A stretch of DNA of 37,411 nucleotides, taken from UHGV virus genome UHGV-0194661. One strand, written 5' to 3'. The position numbers and the translations under genes were made by a program. Below, one piece after another: positions 8,052 to 16,813 of this stretch. Numbering within the stretch: position 1 is the first letter of the stretch; each line of letters begins with the position of its first letter. This DNA is from a virus. The notes beneath the pieces are model-generated. The model was not told the DNA's origin and searched no databases. It saw only the letters and a list, made by a program, of their open reading frames with translations.

Positions 8052-8513
8052 TCACATCATTTCAACCACTACTAGATTCGGAATGAAGTATATAATATAG
8101 TTATCAACGGTAGTATATACTCCATACTTATCACGGTAGCAGCTGATACATTCTTCCAGATATTCTTCTGTAACATCTAGAAAATCTGCAATTTCATATT
8201 TGTTTTGACATCCAGCATTGAACGCGTGGATGATTCCAACAAGTCCGATCAGGCGGTTATAGCCATGTAATCGGGCTTGACGTTCCTGTTTCCGGTTCTC
8301 CAGTTTGGACTGATCTCGAATATCACCTGTGGAAGTATAGTAGTGTCCAAGTTCTTCAGCAAGAACATTGGCTTTTTGTCGTGACGTCTTAATATCATGC
8401 CGGATAGCAATTTTGTTTCCTTTTATTCTTCCATCTCCGCTTTGCAGTGGCTTTTCCTTTACCACTAATCCAATATTGCGAGCTTCGTCTAAAAGTATTT
8501 CATAAGAATTCAC
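8052..8513 (-). CDS. ImmA/IrrE-family metallopeptidase (anti-repressor protease) with variant EELGH motif
   Basis: 153 aa. VLAEELGHYY occupies the position of HExxH. Immediately downstream of an XRE repressor, as in ImmR/ImmA pairs. Confidence 0.55.
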   Translation of the reverse strand: MNSYEILLDEARNIGLVVKEKPLQSGDGRIKGNKIAIRHDIKTSRQKANVLAEELGHYYTSTGDIRDQSKLENRKQERQARLHGYNRLIGLVGIIHAFNAGCQNKYEIADFLDVTEEYLEECISCYRDKYGVYTTVDNYIIYFIPNLVVVEMM

Positions 8514-8574
8514 TTACAACACCTCCATCATAATTGTACTAAGCAATTTGTCCTTTAAAAGAGGACTATGGAGA

Positions 8575-9060
8575 TTAGAAGTTTTCGTCATCCATGATGT
8601 CATCATCATGTTGCCTCATTTCATCTGTGACTTCTATATCGGTACGTTCATGAGCTGCCTGGACGGCCAACTCTTCTTCCATTTGCTGGTTCACAAGCAG
8701 ATTTTTTGAATAGGTAAGGACTCTTTTCTGATTCGGAGAAGAGAGTTTTTCGTATATATTAAGTAGTTCTTTATGCTCTCCGTGAAATTTATACACATTA
8801 TTCTTAAATTTATCTGCTATTTCTTTCGGAGCTTCTTTTCCGGAGAAATTTGTATCCATCTGTTCCCAGCCCATTAAATATGCCGGAGATGTATCCAATG
8901 CCCTTGCGATTAATTCTATTTTATCAGAAGGAATATTGCCGATTACGCCACTTTCGTATCGTTGAATTGTTTGACGGCTTACACCAACACTTTTTGCTAA
9001 ATCTTCTAATGTCATTTTACGTTCAATTCGTTTACTTTTGATATTTTCTTTCAATCCCAT
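8575..9060 (-). CDS. XRE-family HTH repressor (cI/ImmR-like)
   Basis: N-terminal KRIERKMTLEDLAKSVGVSRQTIQRYESG is a classic Cro/C1 HTH. Divergently oriented to a Cro-like gene. Confidence 0.75.
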   Translation of the reverse strand: MGLKENIKSKRIERKMTLEDLAKSVGVSRQTIQRYESGVIGNIPSDKIELIARALDTSPAYLMGWEQMDTNFSGKEAPKEIADKFKNNVYKFHGEHKELLNIYEKLSSPNQKRVLTYSKNLLVNQQMEEELAVQAAHERTDIEVTDEMRQHDDDIMDDENF

Positions 9061-9094
9061 TTTTTCACCTCCAGTAACTAATTACTATATCTGT

Positions 9095-9122
9095 ATTATA
9101 ACATAAATTACGCAATATGCAA
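9095..9122 (-). promoter_or_regulatory. Putative repressor promoter (minus strand): -35 TTGCAT (revcomp of 9117..9122), 16-nt spacer, -10 TATAAT (revcomp of 9095..9100)
   Basis: Read directly from the sequence. Overlaps the TTACGCAATA repeat copy at 9108..9117. Confidence 0.4.
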
Positions 9123-9143
9123 CGAAAATAAACGAAAAAGCAC

Positions 9144-9172
9144 TTGACACGTTACAAAATAAGGTGTACTAT
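9144..9172 (+). promoter_or_regulatory. Putative early rightward promoter: -35 TTGACA (9144..9149), 17-nt spacer, -10 TACTAT (9167..9172); flanked by direct repeats AATTACGCAATATG (9105..9118) and AGTTACGCAATACG (9174..9187)
   Basis: Consensus -35 with 17-bp spacing. The two repeat copies lie 69 bp apart, bracketing the promoter, as operator sites would. Confidence 0.5.
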
Positions 9173-9208
9173 AAAGTTACGCAATACGTGACAAGAAAGG
9201 AGGATATC

Positions 9209-9415
9209 ATGATAGATAGAAATGAATTAAAGGGTGTTATTGCTAAAAATGGTACATCGCAGTCAGGTGTTGCAAAAGCTTTAGGAATTACGCCAAAAAC
9301 ATTCTATGACAAGATGAAAAAAGGAGTTTTTGATAGTGATGAAATAGAAATAATGATAGAAATATTACATATTGAAGACCCAATAAAAATTTTTTTTGTA
9401 AAAAATGTTACTTAA
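9209..9415 (+). CDS. Cro-like small HTH regulator (68 aa)
   Basis: AGGAGG at 9197..9202, then ATG at 9209. SQSGVAKALGITPKTFYDKMKKG is an HTH. Divergent from the repressor. The track ORF 9164..9415 is the same frame with a longer start. Confidence 0.6.
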   Translation: MIDRNELKGVIAKNGTSQSGVAKALGITPKTFYDKMKKGVFDSDEIEIMIEILHIEDPIKIFFVKNVT

Positions 9416-9442
9416 CACGTAACAAAAGAAGGGATCACAGAA

Positions 9443-10177
9443 ATGGACAATTTACAGATTACAGAGTACAAAAGCATTAGAGTGCTCACAACACAGCAGA
9501 TCGCTGAAGCGTATGGCTCTGACACAAGAGTTATTTCAAACAACTTCAATAGAAATAAGGAAAGATATATTGAAGGAAAACATTACATCTGCTTGGAAGA
9601 TGGTGAAAAGAGAGAGTTTGTTGACCATCATCAAATTGATGACGGTTCAAAGAAAGCATCGAAGCTTTATCTTTGGACGGAAAAAGGAGCTTTCCTTCAT
9701 GCGAAGTCACTTAACACTGACACGGCATGGGAAGTCTACGACAGACTGGTTGACAACTATTTTGAGAAACCAAAAGCAGTTCCAATGACAACCGACCAGA
9801 AGATTCAGTTACTTGCACAGGGTAATGTGGAACTAACAGAGAAAGTAAATTCCATTGATAAGGATTTACAGGAGTTCAAACAGGACATGCCGTTACTTGC
9901 CTTGGAGTGTCAGAGAATCACATGGGCAAAGAATAACAAGATTGTTCCACTGATGGGCGGAAAGAGTAGTCCAACGTATCGGGACAGGAGCTTGCGAACC
10001 AAAGTTTACAAAGACCTTGATAAACAGCTCAAAAGAGAATTCGGCGTTGACACATACAAGGCAATCAAGAGAAATCAGTGCAACCTGGCAGTAAAGATTA
10101 TCGAAGCGTACAAGCTCCCAATGTTTTTGAAAGAAGAGATTGACGCTGAAAATGCGCAGATGAGTTTTGAAGTGTAG
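9443..10177 (+). CDS. Antirepressor-like protein with ORF6N (KilA-N-like) and ORF6C domains
   Basis: N-terminal ITEYKSIRVLTTQQIAEAYGSDTRVISNNFNRNKERYIEGKHYI and C-terminal ...KNNKIVPLMGG...TYKAIKRNQCNLAVKIIEAY match the ORF6N/ORF6C architecture. Confidence 0.6.
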   Translation: MDNLQITEYKSIRVLTTQQIAEAYGSDTRVISNNFNRNKERYIEGKHYICLEDGEKREFVDHHQIDDGSKKASKLYLWTEKGAFLHAKSLNTDTAWEVYDRLVDNYFEKPKAVPMTTDQKIQLLAQGNVELTEKVNSIDKDLQEFKQDMPLLALECQRITWAKNNKIVPLMGGKSSPTYRDRSLRTKVYKDLDKQLKREFGVDTYKAIKRNQCNLAVKIIEAYKLPMFLKEEIDAENAQMSFEV

Positions 10178-10189
10178 GAGGGAATCAAG

Positions 10190-10441
10190 ATGAAAACTAA
10201 TATAAATCGAGAATACGCAGGAGAAAAAGAAGCTTTTGCTCCGCTTATTGGATTCAAGGTAGTAAGTGTGGAAGATGGACCCACTAATGGTGATTTTGGA
10301 GACATAACTGTTCTTACATTGGTAAATGAACATCATGTAGCTATTGATGTAACTATTTCGGATGAAGCTATTTGGATCAGTGAGCCACACGCAGTTAAGG
10401 ATGATTTAAGTGCTATCAGTGATGAGGACGCAAAAGTGTAA
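10190..10441 (+). CDS. Small hypothetical protein (paralog A)
   Basis: 83 aa. Shares the pattern L.GFKV..V..G...G.....L...N..VA.D..I.D....S with the next ORF. Confidence 0.5.
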   Translation: MKTNINREYAGEKEAFAPLIGFKVVSVEDGPTNGDFGDITVLTLVNEHHVAIDVTISDEAIWISEPHAVKDDLSAISDEDAKV

Positions 10442-10500
10442 GAAATGTGGTTGGGTTCCAGCGATTGAGTAGGTGGCGTGAGGGGTACTGATGAAGAGAG

Positions 10501-10749
10501 GTGAAAGCAATGAAGAAAAAGATTATCAATAAGAGAGTCAATGGAGATTCTGAAGAGTTGCACGCACTGAAAGGCTTTAAGGTCTTAGCTGTTGGCAACG
10601 GAACAATCGGAGAAGAGTGTGCGTTGAGAATAATGCTGATGAACAAGAACAACGTTGCTGTTGATTTAAGTATCACAGATGACGGAGCGTACCTCAGCGA
10701 TTTCTACGCACTGACAGAGGACATGATTCCACGCACTTATGAGGATTAG
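10501..10749 (+). CDS. Small hypothetical protein (paralog B)
   Basis: 82 aa, RBS GAGAGGTGAAAG upstream. Paralogous to 10190..10441. Confidence 0.5.
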   Translation: MKAMKKKIINKRVNGDSEELHALKGFKVLAVGNGTIGEECALRIMLMNKNNVAVDLSITDDGAYLSDFYALTEDMIPRTYED

Positions 10750-10762
10750 AGAGGTGAGGACG

Positions 10763-11137
10763 ATGCTAACAAGAGCACAGGCTGTTGCAGAGCTAGAACG
10801 CATCTATGAAATCCTTCCGCAGATTGCATCGGTACTGGAAGAAGAGAAGAAACCAATTCCACAGTACGCAAAGACATCGTACTTCAAGGATGTGTATGGT
10901 CAATCAATGGGAACGGTTAAGAATCGGAAGTACGGAATTATGAATCAGATCAAGCTTGGTCGGTATCCAAAAGATGCGATCATGGACCGATTTATTGACA
11001 AGGCTGTGTACGCAGACTACAACCGATTCTTCAGAGCACTGGAAGGTGCAACAAGAAAGTATGTTCCTGAGTATAATCCAATCGAATCGATGATATTGGT
11101 ACGGAAGATGGAAGGTGAGACAGATGCGGAACTGTAA
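10763..11137 (+). CDS. Hypothetical phage protein
   Basis: The ORF is 10739..11137. The likely start is ATG 10763 after GAGAGGTGAGG. Confidence 0.5.
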   Translation: MLTRAQAVAELERIYEILPQIASVLEEEKKPIPQYAKTSYFKDVYGQSMGTVKNRKYGIMNQIKLGRYPKDAIMDRFIDKAVYADYNRFFRALEGATRKYVPEYNPIESMILVRKMEGETDAEL

Positions 11138-11495
11138 GGAATGCAGAAGAAAGAACCACTGCATGGAGATGAGTAGATTCATTCCATGTACATCTTATAA
11201 GAAAGGAGTGAGAAAGAGTGAATCAGTTAGATGTAATCAACATTCAGAGAAAAGCAATTCAGACAGTTCAGATAATTGACATTCAGGGACAGCCGAAGAG
11301 GAGCAAGTGCGATGACAGAGAAGAAACCATGCCAGCAATCATGACAGTGGTCGCAATGGGAGCTGTGATATTTCTTGGAATTGCAACTTGGGTAATCTTC
11401 GGATACTAAAAAAGAGTGCCATAGAAAAGGCGGCAACCTTCTGGCACTCGGAAATTAGTCAATTACATTATAAGAAAAGAAAGGAAATTAGTCAA

Positions 11496-11711
11496 ATGAT
11501 TAAAGCAACAAAAATAAAAACAAACGATAAAGATGGTTATCAGGTAGAAGCAAGTGGAAGTATTGGTGATCTTATGATGGAGTATAAAGCAATAACGGAA
11601 GCTCTCTTCAAAACGGTCAGTAGAGAGGCTGGATTAGGACTCGCAGAGGAACTCTTTATGAAAGCAATAAGAATGACAATTGAGGGAGAGAAGAATGAAC
11701 GATCCGTTTGA
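11496..11711 (+). CDS. Small hypothetical protein
   Basis: Internal ATG of ORF 11388..11711 with an AAAGGAAA-type RBS. Start uncertain. Confidence 0.3.
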   Translation: MIKATKIKTNDKDGYQVEASGSIGDLMMEYKAITEALFKTVSREAGLGLAEELFMKAIRMTIEGEKNERSV

Positions 11712-12354
11712 AGTATTTGATTTTAAGGACGAAAAGGACTGGTTAAGTGGAAGAATGAACGGCATCGGTGGAAGCGATGCGAGCTCAGTGGTCGGGATGA
11801 ATCCTTACAAGAGCAACATCGATCTGTTTGAAGAGAAGACTGGGAGAAGAATTCCAGAAGATATTTCTGGAAAAGCCTGTGTGATCTATGGAAAATACGC
11901 AGAAGGACCAATCCGGGAATTGTTTAAACTGGACTATCCGGAATATAAAGTAGAGCATCATGAGTTCAGAATCTTGCGAAGTATTGAGCATCCATTTATG
12001 CAGGCTTCACTTGATGGAGAGCTAACAGATCAGGATGGAAGAAAAGGAATCTTGGAAATAAAAACAACTAACATTTTGCAGAGTATGCAGAAAGAGAAGT
12101 GGAGAGATCGTGTTCCGGATAATTATTACATACAGGTTTTACATTATCTTCTTGTCACAGGTTATGAATTTATTGAACTGTGTGCACATCTAAGAACTGA
12201 TTGGGGCGGAGAGAAACGGACAACAGTAAAACATTACCATATAGAGCGGGCAGAAGTTCAGAATGATCTGGATATGCTGCTTAGAGAAGAAACGAAGTTT
12301 TGGAATTATGTAGAGAGTGGCAGGAAGCCACCGCTCATACTTCCAGAGATATAA
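11695..12354 (+). CDS. YqaJ-type (lambda-exonuclease-like) recombination exonuclease
   Basis: GIGGSDASSVVGMNPYKSNIDLFEEKTG is the YqaJ N-terminal signature. ATG 11695 after GGGAGAG. Sits upstream of DUF1351 and RecT. Confidence 0.7.
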   Translation: MNDPFEVFDFKDEKDWLSGRMNGIGGSDASSVVGMNPYKSNIDLFEEKTGRRIPEDISGKACVIYGKYAEGPIRELFKLDYPEYKVEHHEFRILRSIEHPFMQASLDGELTDQDGRKGILEIKTTNILQSMQKEKWRDRVPDNYYIQVLHYLLVTGYEFIELCAHLRTDWGGEKRTTVKHYHIERAEVQNDLDMLLREETKFWNYVESGRKPPLILPEI

Positions 12355-12371
12355 ATACAAGGAGGAACAAA

Positions 12372-13247
12372 ATGGAATTAAGAATTACTAATCCGGAAGA
12401 AAATGGATTTTTGAAAGAGATCCAGTGGAACCAAGAGGAAGTCAAATCATGGGTTGCTGCAAGAGTGCAGGATTATAAGACGATCGCATATACTGCAGAT
12501 CAGGCGAAAGACATGAAGAGAGATCGTGCAGATCTTAATAAGTTAAAAGCTGCATTCGAAGACGAGAGAAAGCGTCTGAAGAAAGTGTGTATGGAACCGT
12601 ATAACCGGTTTGAACAGCAGGTGAAAGAAATCACAGCACTGATTGATGAACCAATTCAGTTAATTGATTCTCAGCTGTCTGAAATCGAAGAGAGACGCAA
12701 GCAGCTGAAACAGAAAGAGATAGAAGAACTTTTTGAAACGATCGGATTTCAGGACTTCATTACGCTGGAAAGAATCATGGATCCGAAGTGGCTGAATGCA
12801 ACGGTATCTCTTAACAAGATTGAAGAGCAGATGAAGAACTTGCTGTTTAGAGTCGGTACAGAAGTTTCTACGATCAATAGTCTTCCGGAGTTTAGCTTTG
12901 AAGCACTGGAGAATTACAAGAAGACGCTTGACTTAAATATGGCCATTGCAGAAGGACAGAGACTTGCAGACATTCAGAAGCGGAAACAGCAGTATGAAGA
13001 AGAACAGAAACGTATTGCTGAAGAAAAAGCAAGACAGGAAGCAGAAGAACTTACAGCTAAGCAGCAGGAAGGTGATGAGACAGTCAAAGAAGCTACACCG
13101 GTTAATGAGACTGTTATTGTAAGAGAAGAGCCAGTTGCTGCAGACCTGATCCAGTTAGACTTCCGTGTATTCGGAACAAGAGAGCAGATCATGGCATTAC
13201 GTAACTATATGATTGAGAATCAGATTAAATTTGGAAAGGTGGAATAA
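12372..13247 (+). CDS. DUF1351-like phage protein (RecT-associated)
   Basis: AGGAGG then ATG 12372. Coiled-coil-rich protein sitting between YqaJ and RecT. Confidence 0.5.
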   Translation: MELRITNPEENGFLKEIQWNQEEVKSWVAARVQDYKTIAYTADQAKDMKRDRADLNKLKAAFEDERKRLKKVCMEPYNRFEQQVKEITALIDEPIQLIDSQLSEIEERRKQLKQKEIEELFETIGFQDFITLERIMDPKWLNATVSLNKIEEQMKNLLFRVGTEVSTINSLPEFSFEALENYKKTLDLNMAIAEGQRLADIQKRKQQYEEEQKRIAEEKARQEAEELTAKQQEGDETVKEATPVNETVIVREEPVAADLIQLDFRVFGTREQIMALRNYMIENQIKFGKVE

Positions 13248-13250
13248 AAG

Positions 13251-14165
13251 ATGGCAGTACAGAACAGTTTAGCAAACAGACAGACGAAAACAGGAATGGC
13301 TGCATACCTGACGCAGGATGCAGTAAAGAAACAGATCAACAGTGTGGTTGGTGGAAAGAATGGGACAAGATTCATTTCCAGTATCGTATCAGCAGTTCAG
13401 ACAACACCGGCTCTGCAGGAGTGTACAAATCCAAGCATCCTGTCAGCAGCATTACTTGGTGAGGCACTGAACCTTTCACCATCTCCGCAGCTTGGTCAGT
13501 TCTATATGGTCCCTTTCGACAATAAGAAGAAAGGATGCAAGGAAGCACAGTTTCAGCTTGGATATAAGGGATACATTCAGTTGGCAGAGCGTTCTGGATA
13601 TTATAAGAAACTGAATGTTCTTGCAATCAAGGAAGGCGAACTGATCCGTTATGATCCTCTGAATGAAGAGATAGAGGTGGAATTGATCGATGATGATGTG
13701 ATTCGTGAAGAAGCACCTGCTATGGGATATTATGCTATGTTTGAGTATGAGAATGGGTTCCGTAAGACCATGTACTGGTCCAAGAAGAAAATGCTTGCAC
13801 ATGCGGAGAAGTATTCCCAGGCATTTAAGAGAAATGGTGGAGCAAAGTCCTTGGAGCTTCTGGAACAGGGGAAGATTCCAGAAAAGGAACTTTGGAAATA
13901 TTCTTCCTTCTGGTTTAAAGATTTTGATGGAATGGCATTGAAGACGATGCTCCGTCAGCTGATCAGCAAATGGGGAATCATGAGTATTGATCTTCAGACA
14001 GCACTTGATAAGGACATGGCAGTCATCCATGAAGATGGAACAACAGATTATGTTGATACTCAGCTAGAGCAGGACAATATTGTTGCAGATCAGGAGCTGC
14101 AGGAGGTAAAAGAGAACAAAAAGGAACAGCCGACAGGAAATATTGAAGAGGAGTTCTTCCAGTAG
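13251..14165 (+). CDS. recT: RecT-family single-strand annealing recombinase
   Basis: ...TTPALQECTNPSILSAALLGEALNLSPSPQLGQFYMVPF... is typical of the RecT core. Confidence 0.7.
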   Translation: MAVQNSLANRQTKTGMAAYLTQDAVKKQINSVVGGKNGTRFISSIVSAVQTTPALQECTNPSILSAALLGEALNLSPSPQLGQFYMVPFDNKKKGCKEAQFQLGYKGYIQLAERSGYYKKLNVLAIKEGELIRYDPLNEEIEVELIDDDVIREEAPAMGYYAMFEYENGFRKTMYWSKKKMLAHAEKYSQAFKRNGGAKSLELLEQGKIPEKELWKYSSFWFKDFDGMALKTMLRQLISKWGIMSIDLQTALDKDMAVIHEDGTTDYVDTQLEQDNIVADQELQEVKENKKEQPTGNIEEEFFQ

Positions 14166-14225
14166 AAAATAGTTATCTCCTTATAAATTGAACATATGTC
14201 ACACACGCAACTTATAAACAATGTT

Positions 14226-14261
14226 TCTTCCTGTACTGGATACGCTGGTCCGGTACAGGAA
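14226..14261. repeat. Perfect 12-bp inverted repeat (ttcttcctgtac ... gtacaggaagaa) with a 12-nt loop
   Basis: Seen directly in the sequence, between recT and rusA. No T-run. Confidence 0.5.
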
Positions 14262-14274
14262 GAAAGGGGAAAGA

Positions 14275-14715
14275 ATGAAATCAGTAATATTTCATGTCCC
14301 TGGCAAACCGCAGGGAAAGGCAAGAGCCAGGACTGTTTACAATAAAAACTTAAGTCACTCAGTTAGCTATACACCTGAGAATGATCTGCTGTATGAGAAT
14401 CTGATCAAAGCAATGTATATTACTGCTGCCAAAGGAACAAAATTTGACAAAGACATACCAGTAGCTCTTCGAATCGTAGCAAGGTTTGAACCGCCGAAGA
14501 GTACCTCTAAGAAAAAAGTGCAGCAGATGCTGGCAGGTGAACTTCATGTCATGAAGAAACCGGATATCGATAATATAGTAAAGGTTGTAGCGGATGCGCT
14601 GAATGGCGTGGCCTACAAAGATGATACTCAGATCGTATTTGTCGCTGCAAAGAAAGCATATTCAGCCGAGGAAGGACTGGATGTGATCGTGGAGGAATAT
14701 AAAGCAACAGAATAA
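14275..14715 (+). CDS. rusA: RusA-family Holliday junction resolvase
   Basis: MKSVIFHVPGKPQGKARAR..., basic and acidic catalytic residues, ~146 aa. GGGGAAAG RBS upstream. Confidence 0.65.
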   Translation: MKSVIFHVPGKPQGKARARTVYNKNLSHSVSYTPENDLLYENLIKAMYITAAKGTKFDKDIPVALRIVARFEPPKSTSKKKVQQMLAGELHVMKKPDIDNIVKVVADALNGVAYKDDTQIVFVAAKKAYSAEEGLDVIVEEYKATE

Positions 14716-14726
14716 ACAGGAAGGCG

Positions 14727-15572
14727 GTGGCAGCGTTGCCAAGACCAAGAAAGAATGGGTTAGACTACTTTCCACTTGATGTTGATTTCCTTGAAGATCC
14801 CAAAATAAAGATACTGAAAGCCAGATATGGACGAGATGGTATCATATTTTATATCTACCTGTTATGCGAGATATATAAGCAAGGATATTACTTGCAGGTA
14901 GATGAAGATTTTGAATATATTATATCTGATGATCTAAAAATTGATCAGAACAAGGCGAAGCAGGTCTTGAACTTCTTGCTGTCACGGTCACTGTTTGATA
15001 ACACACTTTTTCAGTCGGACAAGGTCTTGACCTCTGCCGGAATACAGAAAAGATTTCAACTTGCAGTTAAAGAACGCGCAAGGAAAAATCCGATAGAAGT
15101 TGGAAGGTACTGGCTTTTAAAAAAAGAAGAAACAGAACCTTTTATTAAGTGTACCCATTTTAGTGATTTATCCGAGATAAAAGAGAGTTATTCCCGGAAA
15201 AACGATTGTAATTCCACGGAAAAATCCCTAAAGAAAAGTAAAGTAAAGAATATAGATAATATATTAGGATTCAGCCCGGAACTTGAACAGGCATTTCAGA
15301 TGTATATTCTTGTCCGTTCTAATAATTATGGAGACATGATACCGGAACAGATCCAGGCACTTCGAGAGGATTTGATCCAATTGAGTGATTCAGAAGTTGA
15401 ACGCATTGCTATTGTTAAGAAGGCAACAGCAGGAGGATGGAAATCATTTTATAAGACACCAGGCAAGGAGAAGCAGAGCAGAACCAAGAAGGCAGCAGTT
15501 AAGGACAATAACAATTTTAAGAGAAGACAGTATGATATGGATGATCTTGAAAACCGACTGTTGGGAAGGTAG
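14727..15572 (+). CDS. Phage replication initiation / replisome organiser protein (DUF4373 Lin1244/Lin1753-like N-terminus)
   Basis: N-terminus ...KNGLDYFPLDVDFLEDPKIKILKARYGRDGIIFYIYLLCEIYKQGYYL matches the DUF4373 motif. GTG start. Confidence 0.55.
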   Translation: MAALPRPRKNGLDYFPLDVDFLEDPKIKILKARYGRDGIIFYIYLLCEIYKQGYYLQVDEDFEYIISDDLKIDQNKAKQVLNFLLSRSLFDNTLFQSDKVLTSAGIQKRFQLAVKERARKNPIEVGRYWLLKKEETEPFIKCTHFSDLSEIKESYSRKNDCNSTEKSLKKSKVKNIDNILGFSPELEQAFQMYILVRSNNYGDMIPEQIQALREDLIQLSDSEVERIAIVKKATAGGWKSFYKTPGKEKQSRTKKAAVKDNNNFKRRQYDMDDLENRLLGR

Positions 15573-15578
15573 AGAAGA

Positions 15579-15767
15579 ATGGGTGAAAGTAAAATAAGAA
15601 AATGTATTATCTGCGGACGGCTCATCACGGCATCAAGAAGATATGCATACTGCAGTGATGAGTGTGCAGGTTATGTGCTAGCAAAGAGCGTGCTAGAGCA
15701 AAAATGCGTGAAATACAAGAGGAACATAGAAAATTTATTACAGAGACCAGGCAAAAGAAAAATATGA
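15579..15767 (+). CDS. Small zinc-ribbon protein (CxxC-x12-CxxxC)
   Basis: MGESKIRKCIICGRLITASRRYAYCSDEC. The 3' part overlaps an alternative-frame ORF (15662..15898), so the true C-terminus is uncertain. Confidence 0.35.
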   Translation: MGESKIRKCIICGRLITASRRYAYCSDECAGYVLAKSVLEQKCVKYKRNIENLLQRPGKRKI

Positions 15768-15899
15768 AGAAGCCTGGAAGAAAGTCAAAGCGGTACAGAA
15801 ATGAGCTCATAAGAATAGCAGCGGAAGCAAGAGAGCATGGTATGAGCTATGGACAATATGTTGGAATTTATGAATACAAGAAAGGGATGAAAATTTGAA

Positions 15900-16325
15900 A
15901 TGAGTAGAATGATGGACGCAGATAAATTTCTTTCCTGGCTGAGTGAGGTCGAGGGTGAGATCAGGAAAGAGAAGGTGAAAGACTGTCAGCCGGATCGGTA
16001 TGATGACGGGTTGATGGCGGCAACAGGGACCATCAGGGAGTATGTTGAGAAGATGTGCAAGATCGACGAGGCAGAAGGAAAGGCGGATCAGAGTTGGATT
16101 CCGTGCAGTGAACGATTTCCAGACGGAGATAGATATATTCTTGTATCGTTTGAAAACTCCACAATGCCGGATATCGCGCGATATGAAGAAAATGACGAGG
16201 GTGGCACGTTCTATCCGGGAGATGATGAAAAATCATATTCAAGCTATGGATTTTTTGTGAATGCCTGGATGCCGTTGCCGGAACTGTACAGGAGAGAGGA
16301 TGAGCAAGACCATGAGACTGATTGA
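15900..16325 (+). CDS. DUF551-family phage protein (paralog 1)
   Basis: WIPCSERFPDGDRYILVSF fits the DUF551 W-[IV]-x-[VC]-x(3)-[LF]-P motif. Confidence 0.5.
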   Translation: MSRMMDADKFLSWLSEVEGEIRKEKVKDCQPDRYDDGLMAATGTIREYVEKMCKIDEAEGKADQSWIPCSERFPDGDRYILVSFENSTMPDIARYEENDEGGTFYPGDDEKSYSSYGFFVNAWMPLPELYRREDEQDHETD

Positions 16326-16719
16326 CGCAGATATGCTGACTGAAAAAGTGACAAAATGGCTGAACCCTGACCCAAACGCAGATAGAATGGTGGATATTGA
16401 CGATATAGCAGCCTCCGTTTTCATGGAGATTGAAGAGCAGCCGACGGTTCCTTTGTGGATATCTGTAGAAGATAGCCTGCCGGAAGATGGCGATAGCAGA
16501 TTTTACATGTGCTTGGTAGAAAACCATTTAGAAGACCCGCCGATGTTTTGCCAGTACGAAGAAGGATATGGATTTGGCTTCTGGAGAGACATATATGATT
16601 CGGTAACACTTGGCTTTGTGGACTCTGAGTTTGAAACGATGGAAGATCTGAAATATGAAAAAGTTCTCTATTGGATGCCTATGATAGAGCTGCTAGAGGA
16701 GGCAATGCAAGATGACTGA
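16300..16719 (+). CDS. DUF551-family phage protein (paralog 2)
   Basis: WISVEDSLPEDGDSRFYMCLV. ATG 16300 after GGAGAGAGG. Confidence 0.5.
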   Translation: MSKTMRLIDADMLTEKVTKWLNPDPNADRMVDIDDIAASVFMEIEEQPTVPLWISVEDSLPEDGDSRFYMCLVENHLEDPPMFCQYEEGYGFGFWRDIYDSVTLGFVDSEFETMEDLKYEKVLYWMPMIELLEEAMQDD

Positions 16720-16810
16720 GCAAGAAAAGAACGACCGGGAACAGTTAGAATATCTGAAACTATGTTGGAATGCTGTACTGCAAGGAAATGAAAAGGGAGG
16801 ACGAATGTAA
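16712..16810 (+). CDS. 32-aa ORF (MTEQEKNDREQLEYLKLCWNAVLQGNEKGGRM)
   Basis: AGAGGAGG 9 nt upstream of ATG 16712. Not in the ORF track. May be a leader peptide or a gene remnant. Confidence 0.25.
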   Translation: MTEQEKNDREQLEYLKLCWNAVLQGNEKGGRM

Positions 16811-16813
16811 GAG

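Noticed and set aside
13372-14030. Antisense ORFs within recT (13372..13626, 13476..14030)
   Set aside because: They are antisense to a gene with a clear RecT signature and have no RBS.
15385-15597. ORF 15385..15597 (R/Q-rich 70 aa)
   Set aside because: It lies in an alternative frame of the 3' end of the replication protein gene and is low-complexity with no RBS.
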